Shown here one piece after another: positions 48,482 through 57,365 of a DNA stretch of 64,000 nucleotides (the first letter of the stretch is position 1; each line of letters begins with the position of its first letter). The notes beneath the pieces are model-generated. The model saw only the letters and a program-made list of their open reading frames with translations. It was not told where the DNA came from and did no database searches. Position numbers and translations under genes: made by a program. Origin of the DNA: Escherichia phage ALITA. The stretch is taken from the sequence record PP359570, one strand, 5' to 3'.

Positions 48482-48749
48482 CTGATTGATCCTTTACATT
48501 GCTCTTGGTATACACAGGAATAACATCGTGTTGATCTTTATTACTTTCATCTGTTAAAGCCCAAAACAACTTACCTGCTGGATGTTTAAAGATATAGGCA
48601 ATAGGTTCCTCTTCCTGTGCTTCTTTGCTACGGATACCATCCCTCCAGGCAAGCCAAGTGTAGATCATCACTTCTTGACGTTCTTCTTCGTTAGGCCACA
48701 TATGTGGTGGGAAGGTTTTATCAAACCATTGCTTAAATTCTTCGGTCAT
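48468..48749 (-). CDS. Hypothetical protein
   Basis: 93-aa ORF. Confidence 0.45.
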   Translation of the reverse strand: MTEEFKQWFDKTFPPHMWPNEEERQEVMIYTWLAWRDGIRSKEAQEEEPIAYIFKHPAGKLFWALTDESNKDQHDVIPVYTKSNVKDQSDDKV

Positions 48750-48759
48750 AATCTACTCC

Positions 48760-48924
48760 TTAGCGTACAAAGTTAACTTCTGCTTCTTTCAGCTTTGACA
48801 CTTCTACATAACCACCATGATCATCTTTAATCCATTCTTTTCCTTTACGGATGATAACAGGGTATGTAGAGTGAGTAAGTTTAGGTACAGATCTTTTTGT
48901 TTTAGTGATAGAAATGTTTTGCAT
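48760..48924 (-). CDS. Small hypothetical protein
   Basis: 54 aa, below ORF-track cutoff; SD GGAGAC. Confidence 0.3.
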   Translation of the reverse strand: MQNISITKTKRSVPKLTHSTYPVIIRKGKEWIKDDHGGYVEVSKLKEAEVNFVR

Positions 48925-48984
48925 AGTAGTCTCCTTAGTAAATTTTACATAGAGTCTAGATTATTTAGTAGATAGAGTCAATAA

Positions 48985-49251
48985 CTAATTACTGTTAGAT
49001 CTGTATTCTGTCTTCCATTCGCAATGGTAAACTTCAACAGGTTCTAACTTCCAGTGTTCAGGAACTAATTCAGGGCAATATCTACAAAAGAGAAATAGAT
49101 AGATAATTAAGACAGGTATTAAATAGTAAAATGGTATACGATCATAACCATACTTACGAGATAACATGTAGACATATAGATAGGGTATAACAATTAATCC
49201 TATAACTATAAGTAAGAAGAGAAGTATAAACCTTAGTGTAGTAACATCCAT
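48985..49251 (-). CDS. Small membrane protein
   Basis: 88 aa, two hydrophobic helices. Confidence 0.45.
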   Translation of the reverse strand: MDVTTLRFILLFLLIVIGLIVIPYLYVYMLSRKYGYDRIPFYYLIPVLIIYLFLFCRYCPELVPEHWKLEPVEVYHCEWKTEYRSNSN

Positions 49252-49415
49252 AGTATTCTCCTATACAGTAATATACTCTGTTCCTGCCCCTCCATGAGTG
49301 ACAGGAACAATATCTATAGAGAATACTAACTCGCTTCGCTCGTCACCTTTCAGGTTTAGGGTAGCATGTTTTTCTGAAAAAGTCAATACTCTCCACAAAA
49401 CTTTACAAAATACTT

Positions 49416-49688
49416 TTACATAGGTACAACAGAGTCTGTTTTGAAGTCGTACATATGATTTACACCTGTGATTTTTGACATAGAGATTGCACGTTTAGCA
49501 CCTGCAATTACCTGGTCTGTCTTCTTAATCTCTTCACGGAAATTACGTACAGTTAGAGAGAAGAAACGATGATCCATCCATTGACGATTCACACGATCAC
49601 GCTTGAAGTGACGGAAATCTTCAATCTGTTTATTGCGCAATCGGCGCAGTACATGCAATAATTTATAGTAAGGGTGTTTATTTTTCAT
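49416..49688 (-). CDS. Hypothetical basic protein
   Basis: 90-aa ORF. Confidence 0.45.
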   Translation of the reverse strand: MKNKHPYYKLLHVLRRLRNKQIEDFRHFKRDRVNRQWMDHRFFSLTVRNFREEIKKTDQVIAGAKRAISMSKITGVNHMYDFKTDSVVPM

Positions 49689-49691
49689 AAT

Positions 49692-50120
49692 TTATTCTCC
49701 AAATCGAAAATCGTCAATATCATCAAACCATACACAATGGCGAGTCCTTTCTTTTTCTGTTGCAGACATTGTTTCAACAGCTTTAGGACTAAGCACAACA
49801 GGAATGTAACGAACAGGTCGTTCATAATAGTAGCCATACTTTTCTGTATTAGCTGCCTCAAAGACTTTACGGCGTTCTTCAAGATCTTCTATGGTGAATC
49901 CTACCATATAACCATCATGTTTGCTACCCCATCCTTCCTCACTTTCAACAATCGGGATATAAAAGCCGTTACGCGTCCCTGACGCTGGTTCTTCTTGAGC
50001 CTGAAGGCAAGCCTCCCATCCTGCTTTAAAGACGTTATAGAGCGATTTACGCACGTTATGAGTGCCGCTTTCGCTTGCTGGATAGAGTTCATTAAATTTA
50101 TCTTGGATTTGTTGCGTCAT
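49692..50120 (-). CDS. Hypothetical protein
   Basis: 142-aa ORF. Confidence 0.5.
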   Translation of the reverse strand: MTQQIQDKFNELYPASESGTHNVRKSLYNVFKAGWEACLQAQEEPASGTRNGFYIPIVESEEGWGSKHDGYMVGFTIEDLEERRKVFEAANTEKYGYYYERPVRYIPVVLSPKAVETMSATEKERTRHCVWFDDIDDFRFGE

Positions 50121-50263
50121 ACTCGCCCCTTAGTGATTATTTGACCAGCTAAACAAATAGCTTGCAGTACAGTAAAGAAGTAGCCTAATTTTACACTACC
50201 TAATACCCAGAATGCAATGTTTGCAAACAAACAGAAAGCAATATTAAGTCTAAAGAATAACAT
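50117..50263 (-). CDS. Small hydrophobic protein
   Basis: 48 aa; SD AAGGGG; ATGA overlap with downstream gene. Confidence 0.3.
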   Translation of the reverse strand: MLFFRLNIAFCLFANIAFWVLGSVKLGYFFTVLQAICLAGQIITKGRV

Positions 50264-50530
50264 TTAATCCCCTTCGTATTTAGGTAAAGGCATATATGCC
50301 ACAATAGGAGGGTAATCAAAGTGAAAATGATGGTTCACCACAATAATCTTACCAGACATACTTTTATGCACTTCACAATACCCTTTTCCACCATCTTCCA
50401 TTACCACCACATACTCACCTAGTGGGATATCGTATGGATCTTCTACTTTTACCCATTCTGTCATTTTGTAAACTCCTCGTAGTAAGGTAAAGCCTTGATC
50501 AGTTGTTCTGAAGTGCCATTTTGCACCCAC
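50264..50530 (-). CDS. Hypothetical protein
   Basis: 88-aa ORF. Confidence 0.45.
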   Translation of the reverse strand: MGAKWHFRTTDQGFTLLRGVYKMTEWVKVEDPYDIPLGEYVVVMEDGGKGYCEVHKSMSGKIIVVNHHFHFDYPPIVAYMPLPKYEGD

Positions 50531-50596
50531 GTAACACCATTGTCAACAGAAACATACCCTTTTTTGTCAATAAATTTACGCAGACAGCCAGTGAAC

Positions 50597-50776
50597 TTAT
50601 TTTTGTAGATCATTTCTTCTTTCCTTTTTGATTACAGCCCCATCACTCCCTTGCCAAACTTCCGATCTGAATTCCATCTCAAACCACTCACCACCGCAAA
50701 AACGGCTATGTTCAACACGTCTATCTTCCTTCATTGCTTCTTTAGCTTCGATAGAAGTTAGTTCGATGTTTTGCAT
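50597..50776 (-). CDS. Small hypothetical protein, first gene of minus-strand block
   Basis: Start at ATG with SD AGGAGA (MQNIELTS...). Confidence 0.4.
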   Translation of the reverse strand: MQNIELTSIEAKEAMKEDRRVEHSRFCGGEWFEMEFRSEVWQGSDGAVIKKERRNDLQK

Positions 50777-50807
50777 TTGTTTTTCTCCTTTCATTTGGTA
50801 TGCGCTA

Positions 50808-50835
50808 ATCTTAACAAAATAAAAATGTATGTCAA
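50808..50835 (-). promoter_or_regulatory. Sigma70-like promoter for minus-strand block
   Basis: TTGACA-16 nt-TAAGAT on minus strand. Confidence 0.45.
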
Positions 50836-50894
50836 TACTTGATTTGAAATTAGTTTCTGGTACTCTGTGTGTATCGTAACAAAAGAGGTTAGAT

Positions 50895-51185
50895 ATGAAC
50901 ATCACACTAGCAACTAAGAATATTACAGAAACTTTTGATGGTTTTGGCATTATTATTGCTGTTCATGGGCATAACGAAAAATGGTTAGCCTCTTTTGAAG
51001 AGGACAAAGAACGCAATGTACGTTTGAATGCACCAATCAAAGTTTTACACCAGGTAGGTGAGAATAAGAAACAATGGAGATCATACAAAGAGTGGAACAT
51101 TACGAACGAGTTAATACACAAACTTGACAAAGTGATAAACATGTTCGACAATGCACCAAGCAGTGCAAAACGTGTTTTACTATAA
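50895..51185 (+). CDS. Hypothetical early protein
   Basis: 96 aa, SD AAGAGG. Confidence 0.5.
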   Translation: MNITLATKNITETFDGFGIIIAVHGHNEKWLASFEEDKERNVRLNAPIKVLHQVGENKKQWRSYKEWNITNELIHKLDKVINMFDNAPSSAKRVLL

Positions 51186-51196
51186 AGGAGAGTGAT

Positions 51197-51550
51197 ATGA
51201 AAATTGTACACGATGAAATTCAATTTGAAGACAGTGATCTTCTTGATCTGGATGTGACACTAAGTAAACTGATCTACAACGCACTTTCTGCATATCGTGC
51301 AAAAGTGATAGCCACAAACAATGTTAAAATTCCTAGTGGGTTACTTCGTCGGATGTACCCACACGCTAAAGGTGACTATCTACCTTATATGGAAGAACGA
51401 GCAGCAGAACACTGGTTAGAAATTCTTGAAAAAATGGAGTCCTCTTTTAAAGATTCAACTCCACCGGAAGAAGTTAATGAAAAACAACGGCAAGAGCGTT
51501 TAGAAGGTCGTATTTTGTTTGCTAAGTATTTCCATAATTTGTGGAGCTAA
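51197..51550 (+). CDS. Hypothetical protein
   Basis: 117 aa, SD AAGGAG. Confidence 0.5.
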   Translation: MKIVHDEIQFEDSDLLDLDVTLSKLIYNALSAYRAKVIATNNVKIPSGLLRRMYPHAKGDYLPYMEERAAEHWLEILEKMESSFKDSTPPEEVNEKQRQERLEGRILFAKYFHNLWS

Positions 51551-51626
51551 ACATATCTGGTAAAATCACTTATATGTTCTTAGTATACTTGTGTAAAGAA
51601 GTTATCGGTCTAATTAAGGGGAAGAT

Positions 51627-51878
51627 ATGATTCAGTTTCAAAAAGGTCAAAAGATGACAGTTCACAATGCAGAGGAAATGGAATTTGCACTTAAACTTCT
51701 CGAAAATGCTGGGTTTGTGTGGATCAACGGTGGAGAGAAGCCTACAGCTTGGCTTCCACATGAGAAAATAGCCAACCACACCTTTCCTGATAGTATCAAT
51801 TGGCATTCTGATGGTAAGATTTGCCGTGGAAGTTACCCAACAGGTGTTGAGTGGACTATTAAATTAGGAGGGCTTTAA
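51627..51878 (+). CDS. Hypothetical protein
   Basis: 83 aa, SD AAGGGG. Confidence 0.5.
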   Translation: MIQFQKGQKMTVHNAEEMEFALKLLENAGFVWINGGEKPTAWLPHEKIANHTFPDSINWHSDGKICRGSYPTGVEWTIKLGGL

Positions 51879-51879
51879 T

Positions 51880-52218
51880 ATGTTTAGTAAAGAAATGAGA
51901 GAAGTAATTGCCACTTTGGTAGTTGATCATGGTGTTGAAGTTGAGCGTCACGTTTGGAACGATGAACCTCCTTTCTTCGATTTGGCATCACGAGCTAAAA
52001 GTCATATGCACCTGCTGGAAGACGGTAATGAGTTTGTTCTCCGTATGCGTTATGATCGAGAGTTTCGAATTCCGCTTGACACTGAACCAGATGGTGTAGT
52101 AATGTGGTTGGCAGAACATTTCGCATACGATGCACTACATGGAAGAAGTTTTGGTAATGAGCGTTGGGATGCCATTTGTCGTAAGCATAATATTGAACCA
52201 GAGTACGGGAGTATGTAA
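51880..52218 (+). CDS. Hypothetical protein
   Basis: 112 aa, SD AGGAGG. Confidence 0.5.
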   Translation: MFSKEMREVIATLVVDHGVEVERHVWNDEPPFFDLASRAKSHMHLLEDGNEFVLRMRYDREFRIPLDTEPDGVVMWLAEHFAYDALHGRSFGNERWDAICRKHNIEPEYGSM

Positions 52219-52469
52219 TGTTAAGTATCAAACCTAAAATGATAACGGAAGATGAAGCAGACTTTATTTTCAAATGTGGACGTGTATGGAGAGAATTCAC
52301 AAAAGGAAATGAAGTGGTTGTTGTTGTCGAACACAAGATATCTATCCAGGATCTGTTTGGACAATATGTTGATGTTATTAAATTAGGTATTGACAAGGGT
52401 TTAGTTGAGGTGTTAACATTAGATCAAGTTGAAGCAGAGCACCTCGATAAAGTAGTGGTTGAATTTTAA
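52218..52469 (+). CDS. Hypothetical protein
   Basis: 83 aa, TAATG overlap. Confidence 0.5.
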   Translation: MLSIKPKMITEDEADFIFKCGRVWREFTKGNEVVVVVEHKISIQDLFGQYVDVIKLGIDKGLVEVLTLDQVEAEHLDKVVVEF

Positions 52470-52489
52470 AATACAGACGGGAGAAAGGT

Positions 52490-52663
52490 ATGAGTTTCTT
52501 TGTTACAGTATTTATGGCTATCTGGATTGTAGTCTCACTCGTTCTTTTCCTGGTGGGTTGTCTGGAAGAGATTAAGAAAGCGGTTATTTGCGGTTTCTTT
52601 GGCTTTATTATCTCTCCTGCCTGGATGTGGTTCTTCATTATGATTGGTTTCCTTAAAAGGTAA
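52490..52663 (+). CDS. Small membrane protein
   Basis: 57 aa (below ORF-track cutoff), SD GGGAGAAAGG, two hydrophobic helices. Confidence 0.35.
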   Translation: MSFFVTVFMAIWIVVSLVLFLVGCLEEIKKAVICGFFGFIISPAWMWFFIMIGFLKR

Positions 52664-52677
52664 GTGAGGAATAAAGA

Positions 52678-53115
52678 ATGAGTAAAACAAACGCAATTGC
52701 AGATAAAGCAACGGATGTACTTCTGAACATGGTTAACGTCACTATTCAAACAATGAGTGATGTTGTAGAGTTTGGAAAACAACAAATTCCAGAAGTAATC
52801 CATCAATTATTAGTGTGGAAAGCAGTATCCGCAGGTTTATGGCAACTTTTTAGTATTTGCTTTATGTTTATTACTTTTATTGCTGTGCGGAACCTCGTAA
52901 AAGCAATTAAAGATAAAGAATGCCTGTGGTCACGAGATCGCTATGGTGAAGTATCTGCTTTACCTATTGTTGGTCTTGTTGTCTGTGCTTTCTTTTTCTT
53001 TTTAGGATTTGTTATTTTCTTTTCGAATTTTGATTGGCTAAAAATCATTATTGCACCAAAAGTGTATCTGATTGAATTTGCTGCTGATTTAATTCGTTCA
53101 TCTCAACAAAAATAA
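52678..53115 (+). CDS. Membrane protein
   Basis: 145 aa, SD GAGGA, hydrophobic helices. Confidence 0.5.
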   Translation: MSKTNAIADKATDVLLNMVNVTIQTMSDVVEFGKQQIPEVIHQLLVWKAVSAGLWQLFSICFMFITFIAVRNLVKAIKDKECLWSRDRYGEVSALPIVGLVVCAFFFFLGFVIFFSNFDWLKIIIAPKVYLIEFAADLIRSSQQK

Positions 53116-53126
53116 AAGGGGTTAAA

Positions 53127-54254
53127 ATGAAATACACGATTTATGGTGATATTGTAAGTGTAAATAAAGATATGGGCGTGGAATCTAACTATCTTCCACC
53201 TGGATTCTATACTGTTAGTCGTGATCCCCTTGGCAATTATTTTTTAAGCCGTGGTAATCTAACAGGTGTACCGGATGTTTTGTATGGTGAAACAGAAAAA
53301 CGAGCAAATCACGTTATCCGTACATTCCATCGCCGGAGTGCACAAGGTAAAAACACAGGCTTGCTTCTGACAGGAACTAAGGGCAGTGGTAAAACTATGT
53401 TAGCCAAACTCATTAGTCGTGACCTTGTAGAAGAAGGTATTCCAACTATTATGGTTACTCAAGCCTACAGCGATGCTAATTTCATTGAACTTATTAGCAA
53501 GATCACCGACAAAGCAGTGATTATTTTTGACGAGTTTGATAAAGTATATGAGAAGAAACAAGATCAAGAAGCACTTCTCACTTTGTTAGATGGTACTGGG
53601 AGTGGTAATAAACTGTTTATTCTAACTAAAAACAGTGGTTTTATCTCTGAATTCTTTTTAAATCGTCCTAGTCGTGTGTTTTATAATTTTAATTATGATA
53701 AAATCTCACTAGAAACTATGATTGACTATTTAGATAAAAACTTGGATAACAAAGCACACTTTGATAATTTCCAAAGGCTTTGGGATGTAAGTTTAGAGTT
53801 GTCCTTTGATGTGATCCAAGGTATAGTAGAAGAACTTAATTTCTACCCTGATTTATCCTTTAAAGAATGCATCTCTATGATGGGCGTTTCTTTGGGTGGT
53901 GGTAATAAATGGGATATCAGCAGCGTTGTTATTAATGGAAAACTTCAGAAAGTTAGCTGGGTATCTAGTTGGCATAACTTCACACCTGCAATCTTCTTAG
54001 GTGGCTCGTGCACACTAGACGTGTACTTGTCATCTCCAAGTGATGCAGACTCTAAAGAAGCCCTTGCTAATAGCTCTTACGTGGTTTTTGATGATGAAGG
54101 CGATGCTCGAATTCCATTGAATGCGACAAAAATGAAAGCAGATCTTATTACAGGCGGTAAAATCGTTGTGTTTAGTGATGATCCAGAAGATTCTTTCCGT
54201 ATTGTTCTGGAACCAACTATCACCAATGGTGCAACTTTGGCAAGCGTGTTTTAA
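53127..54254 (+). CDS. P-loop AAA-type ATPase (paralog of 36972-38132)
   Basis: 375 aa; Walker A LLTGTKGSGKT, Walker B IIFDEFDK; co-linear similarity to the minus-strand paralog. Confidence 0.75.
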   Translation: MKYTIYGDIVSVNKDMGVESNYLPPGFYTVSRDPLGNYFLSRGNLTGVPDVLYGETEKRANHVIRTFHRRSAQGKNTGLLLTGTKGSGKTMLAKLISRDLVEEGIPTIMVTQAYSDANFIELISKITDKAVIIFDEFDKVYEKKQDQEALLTLLDGTGSGNKLFILTKNSGFISEFFLNRPSRVFYNFNYDKISLETMIDYLDKNLDNKAHFDNFQRLWDVSLELSFDVIQGIVEELNFYPDLSFKECISMMGVSLGGGNKWDISSVVINGKLQKVSWVSSWHNFTPAIFLGGSCTLDVYLSSPSDADSKEALANSSYVVFDDEGDARIPLNATKMKADLITGGKIVVFSDDPEDSFRIVLEPTITNGATLASVF

Positions 54255-54268
54255 GTAAGCCAGCAAAT

Positions 54269-54295
54269 AAAAACCCGCTTCGGCGGGTTTTCTTG
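54269..54295 (+). terminator. Intrinsic terminator
   Basis: AAAAACCCGC-TTCG-GCGGGTTTTCTTG. Confidence 0.75.
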
Positions 54296-54328
54296 TATTG
54301 ATACCAGATTTAATAAGAGGAGTAATAG

Positions 54329-55735
54329 ATGCCAGCACCAAAATCATGGGAACAATATAAAGAAGAATTAACACCCCTTGCTAAAAATCACAACATTCAG
54401 ATTCTGGGTTATATTGGTGAATGGAAAGGGAGCAAGACTAAACTTAAGCTATCTTGCTCTGATCATGGGGAGTGGGAAAGTACCATAATCAATAGCTTTA
54501 AAACTAAAGGCGGTAAATGTTGCCCCGATTGCAATGGTCGTAGAAAAGTAACAGAAGAAAAGGAATGTATTTCCCTTGTTGATGTTGCTAAAGAAAGAGG
54601 GTTTACTTTTATAGGTCTTGCCGAAGAGTGGCGAGGTGTGCTAACAAAAATCCGCATAGTTTGCCCTAAACATGGAGAGTGGAACACCACGACCATTAGT
54701 GGTTTTAGGAAGGGACGTGGTTGTCCGGCATGTGCAAGTAATAAGCCGTTAACATGGGAAACAGAATTACCGATCTTGGAAGAGATAGCACAGAAGAAGG
54801 GGTATCAGGTGTTAGGGTACGTGGGAGAATGGAAAGGGATTGATACAAAACTTGATTTGTTGTGTCACTGTGGTAACAGATGGGATACTACAAGTATTAA
54901 CAGTTTTAAACATGATCATGGTTGTCCTTTATGTGGGTATGAGAATACAAGGAAGGCACAAACAATACCCGACGATCAACATATTGCAGATTTCTTTTCT
55001 ACAGGGAAATTTAAGGAAGGCACTATCTTTACCAATACAGGGAAACGTAGTTGTAGTAAAAACAAGGACATTATCTGGATGATCGAATGTCCTGTTTGCT
55101 CTCATGATGAGTATGTGCAAGCAGGTGTATGTGATGGTAAGTTTTATATGACACGTAGCGATCTTAAGGCTGGACACTTGCCCTGCCGCTGTGCAACTAA
55201 CTCTCATTATACAGAAAATCAGATTACCTACAGGGTAAAAAAGGAAGTAGAAGGGAGAGGGTATGTCTGGGTAGGTTGGATCGGTAAACCGTCTATAAGA
55301 CTGGGTAATTTTAAATATCTTTGTCTTGTTCATGGGGAACAAATTGGTAGTGCTTATCGCTTACTATATCAGGATAATGGTTGTCCACAATGTGCAGGTC
55401 ATAGTCAGCAGCAATTGTATGTTAATGTTGTTAAAGATAATGGTATTATAGTTGCTCTTAAGTTTGGTATATCTAAAGATAGTGCTAGGAGATTAAACAT
55501 TCAAAATAGGCGTAATATGTTTTTTATGGAGCGTATTTGTTTATATGATTTTAGTACAGTGAAGCAGTGTAAGGCTGCTGAAAGAGCTATAAAGAAAAAA
55601 TTAAAAACTGGTATCTTAACAGCAAGAGAGTTGAAAGATGGTTATACAGAAACAGTAAGTGTTTCTGATTTGGAAAATCTTCAAAAAATTATTACACAAT
55701 ATGGTGGCAAATTAGTATACAGTAAGGAGGTGTAA
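54329..55735 (+). CDS. Zinc-ribbon repeat protein with C-terminal T5orf172/GIY-YIG-like domain
   Basis: 468 aa; four or more repeats of C..HGEW...F...GCP.C; C-terminal LYVNVVKDNGIIVALKFGIS...RRL block. Confidence 0.55.
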   Translation: MPAPKSWEQYKEELTPLAKNHNIQILGYIGEWKGSKTKLKLSCSDHGEWESTIINSFKTKGGKCCPDCNGRRKVTEEKECISLVDVAKERGFTFIGLAEEWRGVLTKIRIVCPKHGEWNTTTISGFRKGRGCPACASNKPLTWETELPILEEIAQKKGYQVLGYVGEWKGIDTKLDLLCHCGNRWDTTSINSFKHDHGCPLCGYENTRKAQTIPDDQHIADFFSTGKFKEGTIFTNTGKRSCSKNKDIIWMIECPVCSHDEYVQAGVCDGKFYMTRSDLKAGHLPCRCATNSHYTENQITYRVKKEVEGRGYVWVGWIGKPSIRLGNFKYLCLVHGEQIGSAYRLLYQDNGCPQCAGHSQQQLYVNVVKDNGIIVALKFGISKDSARRLNIQNRRNMFFMERICLYDFSTVKQCKAAERAIKKKLKTGILTARELKDGYTETVSVSDLENLQKIITQYGGKLVYSKEV

Positions 55736-56287
55736 ATGCGGATTACTGATAAGTATGTGTTCTTCTTCTCGGCAAAAGATGAATTTAGCAACTGGTATCT
55801 ATCATCTTTTATTGAACCTTTAGCTCCCAAGTATAATAATTCTATTACAAGTTCTGTTGAATTTACTTGTGTGGAACAATATATGATGTGGAGAAAAGCA
55901 TGTTTGTTTTATGATTACAGTATTGCATCTTCTATTTTAACCGGAGATCTAAGATATACAGGAGAAAAAGAACAAGCATATTATAAACGACTAGGCAGAT
56001 TAGTTAAAGATTATGATGAAGATACCTGGGCTTCTTTACGGGAGAAGATTGTCAAGCGTGGTTTGTATCTTAAATACACACAAAATGAAGATCTCAAAAA
56101 TAAACTTATCGCTTACGCAGATAAGGAGTTCGTAGAGGCAAGCCCCTATGATTCTATTTATGGTATCAAAATGGGGATGTGGGATCGGGACGTGGAAAAT
56201 AAGGATTGTTGGAAAGGGCAAAATCTTTTAGGAAAATGGCATACAGACCTTGCTGTTTATCTAAAATCACAATCTGATATTTCCTGA
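55736..56287 (+). CDS. NADAR (YbiA/DUF1768)-family protein
   Basis: 183 aa; strong SD AAGGAGG; blocks FFFSAKDEFSNW, VEQYMMWRKACLF, LGRLV, FVEASPYDSIYGIKMG alignable to E. coli YbiA. Confidence 0.75.
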   Translation: MRITDKYVFFFSAKDEFSNWYLSSFIEPLAPKYNNSITSSVEFTCVEQYMMWRKACLFYDYSIASSILTGDLRYTGEKEQAYYKRLGRLVKDYDEDTWASLREKIVKRGLYLKYTQNEDLKNKLIAYADKEFVEASPYDSIYGIKMGMWDRDVENKDCWKGQNLLGKWHTDLAVYLKSQSDIS

Positions 56288-56506
56288 TATTTTGAAAATT
56301 TTTATTTTTATAAAAAGGGGTGTGGGTTTCATGTACGGAAATCCACCCTCTGAATAATATATCCAGAGTAAGTAGTATTCTGTACTCTGTTAATAAAGTA
56401 TTTAATTTGTTTGTTGGATTATGGTGGCTGATCTTTAAAAGGCATACTATCTCTTAACTACTACTTATAACAAAACAGTAAAATCCTTTTTATAAAAGTA
56501 CAAAAT

Positions 56507-56703
56507 TATTTAAAGTTTTTACAGATTTTCGGGTACAAATTTTGAAAATGAAAAGTTCAAGTTTGGTCAAAATTATTTAAAGTTTTTGTACGTATTTCTG
56601 TCCAGATTTTGAAAATGAAAACTTCAATTTTTTAAAAATTCCCCAGTTTATTTAAAGTTTTTTTGCCTTTTTCCGTAGAAAAATCAAAAATGAAAAGTTC
56701 AAT
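56507..56703. repeat. Three tandem direct repeats (~55-60 bp) in noncoding region
   Basis: Each unit starts TTATTTAAAGTTTTT and ends GAAAATGAAAAGTTCAA with a variable centre. Confidence 0.8.
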
Positions 56704-56724
56704 TTCGTGTTTTTATAGGTGTGT

Positions 56725-56841
56725 TAATGAGAATCATTTTCGTTTGTAAATGAGAATCATTATCATTTAACTATGTAAGTGATAATCATTCTCAGTAAGA
56801 GAATGAGAATCATTAGCAAATGAGAATTTTTCTCATTTACA
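56725..56841. promoter_or_regulatory. Cluster of five palindromic sites with Fur-box-like core (candidate repressor sites or origin iterons)
   Basis: AATGAGAATCATT variants; AATGAGAATCATTATCATT and GTGATAATCATTCTCAG; last copy is perfect inverted repeat AAATGAGAA-TTT-TTCTCATTT. Confidence 0.6.
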
Positions 56842-57098
56842 GAATAACGCGCAGGGGCGGTGTTTGTCTCGCGCTCCCGTGTCCCCTCGCCATACAATAA
56901 GAATAGCATAACCAATAACAAAAGCAAGCGATTATTTTTATCTTTACATTTCTTTACAAATTTATTTTAGACGAGCTACCGGCGATCAACCTTCCAACCA
57001 GTGCCCCCTGGTATGTTAGCCCCGCCTTTACGCCGTGGGGTGGCGTTTCCTCTTCTGTATGTAAAACAGTATAAGCCCGATCCCTGGGCTTGTCAAGA

Positions 57099-57365
57099 TT
57101 ATTTTTTGTTTTCTTGCCAGGATAGGACACCTAACCAAAAATACATGTCGCCCCGCGCCCCTGGTGGGATCTTGCTTTCCCCGCCGCCACTGCAAGCCCA
57201 TAAATAACCATCAGCGAACGGATCAAAGTGATCTATCTCTTCCACCTTATGATCGCCCAGGTTGAGAACGGTTTCAACCTTTAAGCCCGTTGCGCTTGCT
57301 ACCTGGTGCACCGTGCCGCCTTGCCAGCCCAGTGAGTGCATGAGATGTAAAGAAGTATTTGTCAT
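57099..57365 (-). CDS. Hypothetical protein, divergent from early array, GC-rich codon usage
   Basis: 88-aa ORF; hairpin AGCCCAGGGATCGGGCT downstream. Confidence 0.4.
   Translation of the reverse strand: MTNTSLHLMHSLGWQGGTVHQVASATGLKVETVLNLGDHKVEEIDHFDPFADGYLWACSGGGESKIPPGARGDMYFWLGVLSWQENKK

Noticed and set aside
56507-56841. Possible CRISPR array in the repeat-rich noncoding region
   Set aside because: The repeats are ~55-60 bp with conserved ends and variable centres, plus short palindromes. There is no fixed 25-40 bp repeat with unique spacers, and no cas genes are present.
56725-56841. Calling the palindromes definite Fur boxes
   Set aside because: The resemblance is strong for two of five sites, but the shared core TGAGAATCATT differs from the GATAAT hexamer repeat. 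Reported as Fur-box-like only, pending matrix scoring or binding data.
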